The notes under the pieces were generated by a model, which was given only the letters and a program-made list of their open reading frames with translations, was not told the origin of the DNA and made no database searches. A stretch of DNA of 64,000 nucleotides from Octopus vulgaris (lineage: Eukaryota): contig OX597837.1 of NCBI GenBank assembly GCA_951406725.2, forward strand, positions 16,306,001 to 16,370,000, given 5' to 3'. Positions 48,011-62,324 of this stretch are shown in pieces; the first letter of the stretch is position 1; each line of letters opens with the position of its first letter. The translations under genes and the position numbers were made by a program.

Positions 48011-50989
48011 CAGTTTTAACTTACTGCCTCTCCAAGGATATGGGATCTTGGTAGGAGTGAAGCAATTTATTTAAAAGACTCATGAAAAAGTAGATCTTTG
48101 TTTCTATCCATTATTTTGTAGACACAGCAACATTCCTTCTCTTCTGAACCATATGGGATTGGCTTTCCTGTTCTGTTTGAAATAATAATGTGCTTGTTTG
48201 TTTGTTTTAGGTTGGGTGGGGGTAGTACTTTTTATCACCATCACAGAACTGCTTGTATGTTTCAATATGTTCAAAAGGTTTTAGTAAAATATACAGGCTT
48301 CACTATGTGGTGAAGGAGTGTACTTCCCAAGCAGATGCTTTCAGGTTCAGTCCCTCTACATGGCAAGTGACTTCTACTAAAGTCCTGAGCTAAACAAAAC
48401 CTTGTTAGTAAAATTAGTAGATGGAAACTGAAAGAAGCGCATCATATACGTGTGTGTGTGTGTTTTCTTGTCCTGACAGATAGTTGTAAATGAGTGTCAC
48501 TGTCATACAAGCAGTGTTATTCATTTCCAATTTTCTGCAAAAATGTGTGACCATGAGGAAATATTACCTTGAGTGGGAATAGATGGTAGCAGAAAGAGCG
48601 TCCAGTCATAGTTTATTCTGCCTCATTAAATTCTGTCCGGCCTACACAAATATGGAAAAGTGTACGTTAAAAAAAGTGATGTTCACTGCTGTTCATATTA
48701 CAAGGTACCTGATGGGGGAATTTAATCTAAATGTCCCTAAATATAATATAAATATCAACTTGTCTTGTAACAGGCTGACATTAAGGAATTGTTCTGTACC
48801 TGCTCAGTTCACATTAGCCATTAAGAATGGGTGTCAGATCATGTGCAATTGTTACCAGGGGTAGATTAGCATTTTATTTGTGGGAAAAATTATCTCTCAG
48901 TTTGCTTAATTTTGATATGATGCAACTGAAGGCAGACACCGGCCCTTTATGGGCATTTTATGCTTGCAATAATGAATGTATGCAATTTCATTGTTTTAAT
49001 GTAAAGTCTCTACTCCTGGATTTATAAATCTATTTGGCTGATTCATTTTTATAGTTGATTAATTAGTATGAGAGGTGATATTAATTAAGTTGTAAAACTA
49101 TTTCCTCCTGAAAAAATTATGTAGCTGCCTAAATTAAAAAATTTTGAAGCCCTAAATTCCTGATAGTTAAAAAAAAATGTTTTTCATACCAACCCTTTAC
49201 AAAGGAAACATGAATCTCCTTTCCTCTCCCTTACACGATTATCCAGCCTGTCTAGGATGGAGCACAATGAAATTCACACACACACACACATCTATTCATT
49301 CAGTCATCATACTTGCACATGTCCATTCACTGGATGGTTTCAAAACAACAAAAAGGTATCTGCATTATAAAATCCAAATGAATATGTACATCACTGTAAG
49401 TTTAGTTGCTCTCAGAACTAGGAAAAATATGTCATTTTAGACACAGGTTATTCAACAGATGTCTGCTTAAAGGACCTTAGACCAAACTGTAAGATTTTTT
49501 TTCCACTCCTCATACCGATTAAACTTACTGTAATTTTCATCTCTTGGACTGTTGGATTTTTTTACTATTGTTATTGCCAATGCAAGGCTTTTTCCATCTT
49601 CATCAGGTTCCATATTTTAATCCTAAACTACATGATAGACAAAGCTTCATCGTCACCAACACTCACCATTGTTGCCTCTGCCATGACTGTCGCACCTCTA
49701 AAACTGGTTTACTTCATAACAACCTAGATTTAAACCCACTCAATGCACTTCTCTCTCCCCTCCACTTCTTCCTCCGGTTCCTGCCTCTCAGGGATATTTC
49801 ATACCCCAATATATTAGAGACAATGGAAGTGATCTTGGTGCATTAGCATATATATATCTATGAACTGTTTCAGAACCATTACGGTCTCTCGTTAAGTACC
49901 TTGCTTCTCCGAGTTCAACTGCCAGAACCAACTTTGCCTGTTATTTCTTTCAAGGCGTTAGCAACCCACATACCAGTTATATACTTGGGTTAGTTCAGTC
50001 TATAAAATCTTTCTGCCCTTTTTGCAAAGAAAATAAAATAGGTCTTGTGCCTAAAAAAAAAAAAACAAAAAAAAAATGGTCAATGTTGTTCTTTGTTGTT
50101 GTTTGTTTCACTGCTCTGAAATTAGCTTTTTTTTTAATTTAATTTTATTTTCAAGTTTTTAGTTTGATTTAAATATTGATGAGGTAAGGTATAATAATAG
50201 CTGTGAGGTTTAAGTGCTGGACTTCTTGACCACATGTTCATAAGTTCAAACCTTACTTCTGCCATTGTGTTGTGCTCCTTCTATTATTTTGATATTATAG
50301 AGAGAACAAATTCCTCTCCTACTTCCACGTTACATGGTTAGCTGCAGGAAGGGGGTGAGGGTGCCTAGCTTGGAAAAGAAATAGGTAAAAGTTGCAATAT
50401 GGATTAAAACTGGGGAAAAAAGAATCCATCTAGTTCTATTTTATTCACCCCCCCCTTATTTTCATTGCCTGTTTTTCTTGGAAGGTTGCAGGGGTAGAGT
50501 CTTTAGGCACTGCCAACCTTCGTTAAACTTTCCTACCGGATTCTGAACCATTAATGGATATTACCTCTTGGACCTACCTGCTTTGCAGTACAAAGATCTG
50601 CAACCTTTCTGCTTCTGTCTCAGAACAAGGTGTACATTGTGCTGGCTCTTGATGGAAAATGCAATATATTTTTCAAACAAACCCCTCTGTCTTAGGTTCA
50701 AATACATCTCCTGTTAACCTGTGTGACAGACAATGAATAAAAATATCATTTTTAAAAGCTTCTAAACTGCCTTTGTATTTAATTAAGTTTACAAAGCACT
50801 CAGTGTTCCATTAGGACAAACTGTATTTTAATTTTATTGACCTATTTTGAAGAGAGGTAATAGCAGGTAGATGTAGGGATCTCCTCTCTGTTGTAAAAAG
50901 GGAGAACAACTCAAATATTGACATCCTCCACATCTTTCCACTTTGGAGTATAACAGCTGAGGTCCAATATTGCACCAAGTATGACTCAT

Positions 50990-51550
50990 TGAAAGGATGT
51001 CTATGTGGTTGCTCGACCTGCTAGAAACAGCAGCCAAAAATCTTCAAATCATAGTTATCCTTCTGTCTTTCTGACCTGCTAGAAATAGTGGCCAAAATCT
51101 CTTTCAGAACATACCTACACTAATTTTCACTGGATATTCTGACTGTCAATGTACCATCAGAATAAAAGACAGATCATTGCTTTTCGTAATAGATCAGATC
51201 TGCTGAACTGGAGCAGACTTGGGGCTACACAGCAGGTTCAGTAAACTCATTATTGTCACTTTTACTGGCTTGGGTTCAAAAGCTGCCCCTGCAGCCATCA
51301 GTGCTTTGAGAATCAAAACCTGTGAAGCTCACTGTAAGTCAGTAAAGCAGAAGAGTTTGATGTTGTTGTTTAAGCACAGGTCAGCCCTAATCAAGTGAAC
51401 CTGGGATCAAAAGGGGACTCTCACCATGACCATCCCATTTCTGTTTCATCAGTGATGTACATCAGACCACATTATCTAAAATGTGTGATTTGAGGAAGGT
51501 TTAGCTGCTATTTCTTACAGGTTGACTGATTACATAGAGGTGCCATCATT
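50990..51550. repeat. Inverted pair of an unclassified interspersed repeat (family C)
   Basis: GACCTGCTAGAAATAGCAGCCAAA..GATCTGCT..GGGGCTA(A/C)AC on + (about 51000-51235), reverse copy at about 51360-51550. Other copies near 1020, 2690, 3265, 19350, 27740, 38825, 56080, 57450. Confidence 0.7.
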
Positions 51551-51892
51551 GACTTACGCTTTAAGGTGTTTTTGTTGATATTCTTGTCGAGTTGTTTCAG
51601 TCAACTCCATTTGAGCAAATGAGGTTCAGGCAGAGCTGGGTGTGAAGTATTTACAAATCTCACCATCTTTGTCATTTTACATTTTTCTGTTTTTTCATCC
51701 TTGCTAGCATGGTTTGCAGGATTCTCCCAGCATCTCACTATTTCTCGTGGTTCTTTAATATTGGCACATACAACAAGAGACAGAAAATAAAAGAACTGCC
51801 AGTCTTTCTTGTTTTGGACATGGCTATTGCTAGACACCTTTCACTAACTACTTCACAGTATGGACTTGGTGCATTTTGCTATGGAATTAATT

Positions 51893-52116
51893 GAGCTGGC
51901 AGAAACGTTAGCGCGCCGGGCGAAATGCTTAGCGGTATTTCGTCTGTTGTTACATTCTAAGTTCAAATTCCACCGAGGTTGACTTTGCCTTTCATCCTTT
52001 TGGAGTCGATAAATAAAGTACCAGTTTCGCACTGGGGTCGATGTAATCGACTCAATCCTTTTGTCTGTGCTTGTTTGTCCCCTCTATGTTTAGCCCCTTG
52101 TGGGTAGTAAAGAAAT
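51893..52116 (+). mobile_element. Young family-A SINE
   Basis: Near-identical (reverse) to the 36855-37094 copy, CpGs retained, same GTTTGTCCCCTCT..GTGGGTAGTAAAGAAATA tail. Confidence 0.9.
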
Positions 52117-52999
52117 ATAATACTAAAGATGTTGTCTGTGACAGGACTACTTCCTTCTGATCTATATTGACTTCTTGCTTTGTTTTTTGTTTTTTTCCCT
52201 CAAATTATTTTTTCTCCTAGATAGATTGCTTTCACAGCAACATGTGAAGTGAGTCTCTTCTATTCAGTTTCTTTTTTAAAAAACGACAAATTATATTTCT
52301 TTAAGATGTAGACACAAACATTAATGGATATATAAGACAAGTTAAGAAGTTTAATGTAATATTCAATTCTTGATATGTAACATAATCTAGTGGCAGGAGT
52401 TTAAAAACAAAATCAAATATTAAAAAAATGACTGAGTACCTTGGCAAACCAAAACCAGAGTACCATTCCAGTCCCTGATATGGTCACAAACTTTCTTTTA
52501 GAAAAGGCTTCAACACCATAGTATAATCATTACTCTTTCACTTTTGTTTTTCACAAGTGATGGGGCTTGTACAAGAATTAACTTCAATATTTTTTTTAAC
52601 CTTTCTCTGCCAGTATGTCGGGGGTGCAATGTCCATTGTTGCCACTTAAAGCCTGTGGACCTAGTTTCATTTTTCTGTTATTATTTGCTTCACATCTGTT
52701 GCTAGAGTCTCACAAATACATGGTTATTATGTTTGTCAGTTCACCTTCTTTCATAAACCTGCTGTTGTGCCTAATCAATAATGAACTAGTCAAGGAGCCT
52801 CTCTACAAGAAGTAGAAATAGCAATCAAAATTCCTTTGTTTCACACTATCATTTCTTAGAAAGGAAGGACAAAGATTAATGAATGTAATCCAAAATATAT
52901 TGCCTATAAGAAGAAAAAAGGCATGCCTGGGATTATGTCTACCTAATCAAGACTGGTATCACTTTTATTTGTTTTGATCCATTTGTATTTTGTACAGCT

Positions 53000-53605
53000 C
53001 TTATTAACCATTCATTGATCCCCAGTTTCTGCATCACCCACCAGATAAGGGATCAGGGGACCCTTTCAAAGGCTTTCTCTAAGTCCACAAAAGCCAAGTA
53101 TAGGGGTTTATCTTTGGCTAGGTATTTCTTCTGCAGTTACCATATCAGGAATATAGCATCAGTGGTGCTTCTACCTGGCACAAAACCAAACTACATCTCA
53201 TCTAAGCAGACTCTCTCCCTAATTAGTTGGGCTATGACCCTCTCCATGACCTTCGTCACCTGATCCAGCAGTTTAGTACCCCTGTAGTTATTTCTATCTT
53301 GAGCATCACCTTTACCTTTGTAGCAGTTGGCTATGGTGCTGCTACACCAGTCATTGGGTATGACTCCATCATGAACTACCTGGTTTACAATACAGGTGAC
53401 TAGGCCATAGCCCACTCTACCAAATATTTTAAGCATTTCAGCAGTGATTCCTGATGGGCTTTTCCTGTCTTCATACCCTTAATTGCTTTATCTACCATGG
53501 TGCTGTGTATTTGGATAGCTGGTCCTTCTACTGGGTCAACATTTGGCAGGCTCTCCTCCTCCCATTCATTCTCCACGTTCAGCAGTCTTTCATAATGGCT
53601 TCTCC
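53000..53605 (-). pseudogene. RTE LINE reverse transcriptase fragment
   Basis: WRSHYERLLNVENEW..KAIKGMKTGKA..IPNDWCSSTIANCYKGKGDAQDRNNYRGTKLLDQVTKVMERVI..FGFVPGRSTTDAIF..AFVDLEKAF. Confidence 0.92.
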
Positions 53606-54779
53606 AACTAAAACAATTCCAGTCAATTTCTTCATCAACCATAAGGTTGAGAAAAAGAAGGGACGATACGAGGACAGACAAAACAAACGTTGGGGTCAGG
53701 GTATCAAATGAGATGAAACGTATGAATAAACAAACAATTAAAATATATACAATTAAATGAGAATGAGTGATTTACAAAAAATGAAACGGAGGATGCGGTC
53801 GACCCCAAAATCCACATACTCACACTGAAGACTTTGCTTTCTCCTTTTTATGGCAAAGCAACAGGTAGGAAGAGAGAGAGTGAGAGAGAGAGGTGAAGAC
53901 TTGGTTGTGGACTGACACTTAGTCTGTCTGTCTGTCTGTCTGCCTGCCTCTCTCTAGATATGTGTGTATGTTTGTATGTATATGATTTTGCATGTTGCTG
54001 TTTTGTATTCCTTTCTGACCTTAAACTGCTATTAAAGGCCCAACCACACACACATTTGTTTAAACCCATTTCAACTGCAGCCATACACCAAAGAACCTGG
54101 TGTTTTGCTCCAAAGTTTAAATTTTGAATTTGTTTCCATTATAAAATCACATCTTTCGGCTTCAGAATACAACATTGTCTTTTTCTTTCTATATTTTTGA
54201 AGTTAGAATTTCTGGCTCATTTGTTGATGTCTCGTCATTACACATCCATATTACACCTTTAAGATCAGGGAACCAGTTAGGGGCCTATTGGATCTCTCTC
54301 GGCATACCAGCAAACCACAAAATCGCATCAGCCAGCATCACCAGTGACTCCAAGCCCATCATATACATATATATGTGTGTGTGTGTGTGTGTGTGTATAT
54401 GTCTGTGTTTGTCCCACCACTACCATTGCTTGATAACCGATGTTGGTGCATTTGCATCCCTGTGATTTAGCTGTTCAGCAGAAGAGACTGATAGAATAAG
54501 CACCAGGCTTACAGGGAATATGTCCAGGGGTCAATCTCTTCAACTGAAGGGTGGTGCTCCAGCATGGCCACCGTCAAATGACTGAAACGAGTAAAAGAAT
54601 ACCAGAAAAACGTTCCGTACCACTAAACCAAGAAGGTTCTTTGAATATGTGCGATGTATTCTAAGGTTAAATAGTAATTCCGTTTATGTTTGTGTAACTG
54701 AGATATTTTGGTTGGATTATATTAGTCATTGGTGTTACATTACTTTCTATATTCTATAACTCTCACAATATACTTTTCT

Positions 54780-55510
54780 AGGCATGAAAATGTTGTGGGG
54801 AGAGGGGGGTAGTTGATTAGATCGACCCCAGTACACAACTGGTACTTAATTTATTGACCCCGAAAGGATGAAAGGCAAAGTCGACCTCAACAGAATTTGA
54901 ATTCAGAATGTAAAGACAGACAGTCATAATATATAAACATTTCTCATGGCATCAGTACACTCTTTACAGATGCTTACATTTTTTAGGTTTTGCATGAATT
55001 TTTCATGAGTCCAGTTAGTTATTATTATTAAATGAGCTGGCTGAGTTGTTAGGATGCTTAGTGGCATTTCATCCATCTTTACGTTCTGAGTTCAAATTCC
55101 GCCAAGGTCCACTTTGCCTTTCATCCTATTGGAGTCAATAAAATAAGTACCAGTCAAGTACTGGGGTTGATGTAATCGACTAGCCCCTCCCCACAAATTT
55201 CAGGCCTTGTGGCTTTTAGTAGAAAGGATTATAATTAAGGCAGTGAATGGGCAGAAATGTTTATTGTGTCAGATTGAATACTTGGCAGCATTTCTTCTAA
55301 CTCTTCTGAGTTCAAGTTGACTTTGCCTTTCATCTTTGCAGGGTCAATATAATAAAGTACCAGTTAAATTTGAAACCATTATTATTTTTAGGAAGCAACC
55401 AGGCAGAATCCTTAGCATCCTGGAAAAAATGCTTTGCACCATTTTGGTTGTCTTTACGTTCTGAGTTCAAATTGCACCAAGGTTGACTTTCCTTTTCATC
55501 CTTAAGTTCC
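54780..55510. mobile_element. Family-A SINE cluster: one minus copy then three plus copies
   Basis: Minus copy at about 54780-54920; plus copies from about 55033, 55240 and 55400. Confidence 0.75.
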
Positions 55511-57654
55511 AGTAAATTTTATTGCAGTCATTCAGTTTGAAATCAAACCTTTTACAAAAATAAGCCAGGAACCTTAAAAATCTCACCAAATTTGCCATTG
55601 CCATCCCCACACCTGTTCCTACCCCCACTAATGCCTTTCTCCCCAATGCCACCTGCACCACCTATTCCACCACCACCACCACCATCTGCACTGCTATTAA
55701 TACTTAAGTTATTTCACCTCCAAATCTTTACTACCCCATTCTTCTTCTTCTTCTTCTTCTTATTATTATTATTATTATTATTATTATCATTATTATTATT
55801 ATATTTTATTTCTTGGAACTTTCAATCTTTCTTGTTCTTGTTAATTTTGTAAAAGAAAGTGGACTGCATCCTGTTGTCAAAGGTCTCACAGGATCTCTTT
55901 CCACAAATTATAAGACTCAGTACCTAGGTGTTAAAGTTCATGGAAGATTATTATTATTATTATTAATAATAATAATAATAATAAAGTTGGGGTTGATTTA
56001 CTCAACTAATGCCCTTCCCCTCAGAATTGTTAGATGTGTTCTTAAATTAGAAACAATCATTACATGAACTGTATGGTTGTCATATTTGGCTGCTATGCTA
56101 GACATAGCAGCCAAATCTCCCACATACCATTGGTTAAGAATAAATGAAACAGATTCTGGTACAATGTTTCAGATGGTCACAGCTGGAATGTCTTTGATAG
56201 TCATTTACACCACTCAGACATTGTGAAAATGATACTTTATCGGAATGATAAGAATTGGTCAAAATGATCCTGAACCAAATTTAGTGCCTTACATGTTAAT
56301 TTACATCCTGTTTTATGGTTTTGTAGCCAAACATCTGCCAGGTCATTTTTCTCTCCCTAAGTCCATGAAACTCAGTGCCTGTCTTCAAGCACATCATTCA
56401 CACTACCCCTCCCCTCAACTAACTGACGTCTATATTGAAGTAAATATAATTATTATTAGATGAGATTAAGACAGTGAGATGGCCAAATTGTTGAAGCATC
56501 AAAGGCTGCAGGGAAAGGCCTGCAGTATTTCTTCCAGCTTGCTATGCTCTGAGTTCAATTCCTTCCAAGATAAACTTTGCAGTTCATCTATTGGTGGTCA
56601 ATAAAATGAAATGCTGGTCAAATACTGAGGTTGGTTCCATTGACGAACTCCCACTGCCTAAAATTACTGGTCTTGTCTGAATATGACGCAAGGCCAATGA
56701 TTATTAGACAAAGTTGTTTAGTTCAGGTCAATGATCTAAGACATACCAGATGTGGCCACTCCATTTTTTTTAGTGTATCTAGCACTACATTATTTAATGT
56801 GCACTTTCTTTTTCGAAGCTGCTCGGTGTAGGTATGGCTGTGTGTAGGTACAGGCATGACTGTGACCTAGACACAGATGTGACTGTGTGGTTAAGAAGTC
56901 CACTTAACAGCCACAAGATTTTGAGTTCATTCCCACTGTGTGACACCATCCATGGACACGTTTCTTCTACTGTAATCTAAGGCCTTTGGAGTGAAATTGT
57001 GCAGAAACTGTATGAAGGCCCTATGTGCGTGTGTGTGTGTGTGTGTCTTGAGATTGTTTACATGCTGTAGCATGTGATCAGTGTCACTGTTTAGGCAGTA
57101 GTGTCTTTGTTTGTGCTTGCCATAAAAGCGTGTGGCACTGCTAAGCAGTTCATCTTGTAAAAGACTCGATTAATGATAATTACCATATCTGGAAACAAGT
57201 GAAGGCCGATAACAGAAAGGGTGTCTATCTGTAAAATACTGCCACAATAATTTTGGTTCAACCCATTCCAGCATGGAAAAGGGAGATGTAATTGTGAAAA
57301 ACAAAAGGCATTGATAATTGTTGGATGAAATCTCATGATTGTGATCAGCATTTCTTTCTAGCAGCTTTATTTTTAGAATAGGTGGGGAAATTGTATAAAT
57401 TACTTGGCTCTTTTCCTTTTTCCATTGAGTTTAGATCCTGCTAATAAAGGAGCCTCTATGTGGTTGCTTGGTTTGCTAGAAATAGCAACACAATACCGTT
57501 CTACCATCTTCCAAAAATAAAAAAATAAAAAGCAAGTGGGTACACAGGATAGATAACATTGAAACTGACAAGCAATATGTTGAGTTTGTCTTGGTTGAAA
57601 TATCTTCTGACCATAGTTCTACTGGATTAGAACCAAGCTCAACTTAAATTAGGA

Positions 57655-57832
57655 CTGGATGACCATTTCTCCACTCCCTTTCAATAAATGACAACTTCCT
57701 CCTCTGCTACAAGTGACCATACTTCATCCATCTCTCTAATCAACTATATCTCTTATTTTCTATAAATGACCATACTTCCTCCCCCTCTACAAACAATCAT
57801 ACTTCCTCCGCCCCTCTATAGATGACCATACA
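57655..57832 (+). repeat. Degenerate minisatellite, period about 28 bp
   Basis: Recurring ATGACCATACTTCCTCC(C)CCTCTA(C/T)A units. Confidence 0.65.
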
Positions 57833-57919
57833 AATGTTTTAGCCTTGTGCCAATGTTACAGGTTAACCATATTATTTTCATTATCAGGAAGTTGAAAGGC
57901 CACAATTACTAACCACGAA

Positions 57920-59260
57920 GGGCAGTGAATTAACCGAATGGTTACTATGTCAGACAAAACTGCTTTGTGGTATTACTTCTAACCCTTTATCTTCTGAGAT
58001 CAAGTTTGCTTTTCATCCTTCCAGTTTCAATAAAATAAAGGACCAGTCAAGTATTGGGACCAATATCCTCAAATTTTTAACCTTTTGCCTATGCTATGAA
58101 TAATTGTTAGGAAGATGGTGAAGTATTAGAAATGCTAGCCTGACATAGTAAATGCTTTGTTAGTAGCAATCTGTATATCATTACGCAATGCAAATATGCC
58201 ATCGAATGTCTGGAAACTGTGGTGTTTGTCTCCAGAAAGCATCTGGTGTAGATGTATAAGTGTTAAAAGACAAAGATGTATCAATAACAGCAGTGTCTAG
58301 CAGCTGTAGACATTTTCCATGAGTTGTTAGTCTTTGCTCTTGTTGTAAGTCGAAGCCCTGCTGTGGTTAGCTTCTCTTTTATCTTTTTGAGGTTGTTAAA
58401 ATAAGTGCTGGCCAAGTGGGGCAAGATTCCAGAGACTAATGACCTCCTGCTATGTGTGTGTGTATAATTATACATGATATTATTATTAACATGGTGGTGG
58501 AGGACAGTGGATTAGCAGAAATGTTCAAATGTCTGACAAAATACTTTTCGGGATTTCTTCTAGCTTTCAATGTCCTGAGTTCAAATACTTCTAAGTTTAG
58601 CTGTGCCTTTCATCCTTTCTGGGTTGATAAAATAAAGTACCACTCAAGTACTGGGCTTGATAATATTGTTGAGATTCTTCTCTCAAAATTGCTGGCTTTG
58701 TGCCTAAATTAGAAATAATTATTAAGGTGGTAGGTTAATAGAACCATTAAGGCAACACAGTGCCTTGTGGGTTTATTTTTTTTTAACCAATCCTTTACAC
58801 TCTGAGTTCATCTCCTACCTAGGTTTTTTTCTTTATTTCTCTCCTAGGGATGCTAAAATAAAGTACCAATCATGTACTGAGTGTGAATTTAATCAACTAA
58901 CCCCAAGTGCTACACCCAGCCTTGAGAATGGCTAGCCTTGTATCTAAATCAAAAACCATTATTATTTTAGAAGGGTGACAAGCTAGTAGAATTGGTAGAG
59001 CATCATAAAAATGTTTTGTTGTACTTGTTCTGTTCTTTACATCTTGGGTTCCAATTCTGCCAAGGTCGGTTTTAAGAGACTGTAAAGTATCAGTCAGAGA
59101 CTGGAACTGGTGTAACTGATTAACTCCTCCCCTCATGCCTAGATCAGAAATCATTATTATTGGGAAGCTGCTACATTCTAAGTTCAAATCTTTCTGAAGC
59201 CAACTTTGCCTTTTATAACTCCAGAGTCAATAGAATGAAGTACTGGTTATGTACTAGGAT
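57920..59260 (+). mobile_element. Array of old family-A SINEs
   Basis: Multiple degraded TGAGTTCAAAT..TTTCATCCTT..AAAATAAAGTACC units, all on +. Confidence 0.65.
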
Positions 59261-62162
59261 CAATCATCATCATCATTATCATCATAGATCCTGGCATGAG
59301 TTGGATAGTTTTTGACAAGAGCTGGCCAGGCAGGAGCCTGCACCAGACTTCTTGTGTATGTTTTGGCGTGGATTTTACAGCTGGATGCCCTTCCTAACAC
59401 CAACCACCCACCCATCAGAGTGGAGTGAGTGCTTTTTACATGGCACAAGCACAGGCGAGGTCAGTTTGGCATGGCTTTTACAGCTGGATGCCCTTCCAAA
59501 CACCAAACACTTTACAGTGTGAACTGGATGCATTTTAAGTGGCACCAGCACTGGCAGGGTCACCAAGTAACTTGCAAGACAAAGATCCTTTGAGAGTTGA
59601 GGGGGAGGGGCATTGGAGGAGGAGGTGATCTTGTGTCAGATGATGAATGGTTAGAGTGAGACAGACAGGTGTCTTGCTATAGGAGAGGTACATGGTTTCC
59701 CAGCAAGAGAGAGATGGTGGTAAAATGCCGTCATACTCACAAGGGATGCTGATCAATACAATCAACTATTTTCTCCTTGCAAATTCCTGGCTTTATGCCT
59801 ATGTCAGATACTATTACACGCCTTTCCTTCAGTCTATAGTTTTGCTTCAATATAAAAATCAATATTGTCAGAAAACGACAATATTGATTTTTGTAGGTCA
59901 ACAGGTCATCTGATTTTAGCTTCATTACCTTATATTCATCAGCAGCAACATTTAACATCCACTTTTCTATGCTTTCAAGGGTTGGATGGAATTTGTTGTG
60001 GATTTTTCTGTGGCCAGATTCCCTCCTTGTCACCAACCCTCATTTGTTTCCATTTAAGTCAATATTTAACCATGGCCAGACATTTTCAGGAAACTTTGGA
60101 AGTGAAGGACACTGCTTGCATCACAGTGATACTCATTTACATCTGTAATATGATGGGAAGGCAAGGGGGACAGCCTCACACACACATACTCACTCACATG
60201 TGCCTATATTCTCAATTCAAATCCTGCCACAATTGACTTTGTCATTGATTCTTTCAGGGTCGATGGTACAACCACCAGTCTTACACTAGACTCAAATTCG
60301 TCAGTTGTATCGTCAGTCAACTTGGTGGCTTGAGTCAGTGTGGGAAATCAGTAGAGTAACGGCAAGTTTAGTAATGTACAGTCTTAAGTTATGTCCCTTG
60401 ATGTTCTGAAGTTAAATTTCACTGGGGTCAGATTTGACTCTTCATCCTTACAGTGTTAAAATGTATCGCAGCCAAATATTGGTGTCAGTTTCATCTGTAA
60501 GAAAGCAGGAAAGAAAAATGAATAACAGCATCATTTCGAGTATTTTGATATAAAGAAGAAATGGCTGTTCCACTGCAGTCATTGATATGAATAAAGCCTG
60601 GCTGAATGTGGCGGATAATTGAATGAGAGGAGCACTGGCTGAAGGCATCGTTTATTGATGAATAGATGATAGAATTTGATGAGGCTGGATGCCCTTCCTA
60701 AAGCCAACCTCTTTACAGAATGTTCTGGGTGCTTTTTTTATGGTACCAGCATTACTACTCCCCATCTCAACAGAGATGGGAAGTAATATTGAGGGAGGTA
60801 GCTTTGACCTTCTTTCAGTTTCTATGTATCAAATCCACCCCTAAGATTGACCTGGGGCTGTAGTAGAAGACCTTTATCCGAGGTGCCACACAGTGGGACC
60901 AAACCTGAAACCATGTGGTTGGGAATCAAACTTCTTAACCTGCACCATCTTAGCCACCCCTGCACCCAGTTTATTATTCATTTTCCTGTTGTTGCCTCAT
61001 AAAATTTAGATTGAAATCTGATTTGCATTCGTTTCTGTGTCTTGAGCTTAAATTGCAAACGTGCAGAACCCCCCCCCCCACTTGCTCTTTAGGTTGTACA
61101 AGTTAAAACAATATTATCTCATGTAAGCAATTATTAATGTCTGGAATTGTCTTGAAGAACGACAGGACATTGGTAATTATTAGAGTAATCAGCTCTACAT
61201 ATTCTGAGTTCAAATCCCACTGTGGTCTTTTTGGGATCGATAAATGAAGACCCCCCCCCCACCATCATAGGTGAGCAATTGAGCATCAGACATTATGCCT
61301 CGTGGTATCTGTTACAACTCTTTGCATTGAGTCCAAATTTCACTTCCTTTCACTGGGCCTCTGGAAATGATTCTGACGGTGTATCTGCCACTTCCTAAAC
61401 TGAAATAAATGCTAAAGCAAAGTTGCAGAACTGCTTTCATTTGAGTCATATCTACACACGCATGCATGCACCCACACACACACACGCATGCACCCACACA
61501 CACACACACACATACAGTTTTTTTTTTTAATTGAAACTGGACTTGAGAGTTTGTCTTGTGACCAAGATTGAAGTGGCATGAACGAAGACAAACTTTCAAC
61601 TTCAGTTTTAATAAAAGAAAACCTATATCTTCTATAATGTGTGTTGGTTCCAGTCATTGGACTGCAGCCATGTTGTATTGCTCATTTCAAGATTCGATTG
61701 TATTGATTTAGTTTTAATTGATACTATTTTATCAGTTTCTATTTGTTGAAATGACAAATCACAGTATACTGGTTTTTGAGTAGTTTAAACATATGCAAGC
61801 TACAAATATGCATGCAGCAGGCTTCCATACAGTTTTTATCTACCAAATTTTACTTAGAAAGCATCAATCAACCTGAAACTCCACAGTCCAACTCTGTGGC
61901 ATCTTGCCCAAGATGTCATACAGTTATGCCTGTATAAATTAAATCTTTTACATCAAATGTTCTTCTTACTATTAAATTTGGATTTTATAAGGTTAAAACA
62001 AATGAGTTTTGTATTGTGGAACCAATGTTCTTCTCCGTGGGTTTGTATTGGAAAATGTCAATAATCTCTAATCAATTATATAAAGTGTGATGCCAATGTT
62101 TCTTTTCTCTTTTTCCTTTTTATGGTGTGTTTGTTCCTGCATGTCTCTGTACACACCTACAG

Positions 62163-62324
62163 GTACCGTGATGGTATGTTTGGCAGCAGCAGCAGTGGTG
62201 GTGGTAGTTCCAGTTCAAATTCCAAATGGGGTTATTCTAACCGAACTGGTTCTTGGGATGTTGATAGATTTGAAACTAAAACTAGTTTTACAGACCCAGT
62301 TCCCAGCTATGATGATTCTGATAA
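62163..62324 (+). CDS. ARFGAP2: ArfGAP2/3 exon: Ser/Gly-rich region; gene continues past the window
   Basis: CCTACAG acceptor, GTAAGT donor, 162 nt, phase 2-2, in frame with the previous exon: (K)YRDGMFGSSSSGGGSSSSNSKWGYSNRTGSWDVDRFETKTSFTDPVPSYDDSD. Confidence 0.82.

Noticed and set aside
51893-51980. tRNA genes suggested by GTTCAAAT B-box motifs
   Set aside because: These are SINE heads: no complete cloverleaf, and they continue into SINE core and tail.
53815-53870. CTGAAGA followed by a CTTTGC/GCAAAG stem as a hammerhead
   Set aside because: The required GAAA box is absent (CAAC instead) and there is no stem I pairing.
55592-55852. Pro/Phe/Leu-run ORF
   Set aside because: Compound (CCA)n(TTC)n(TTA)n microsatellite.
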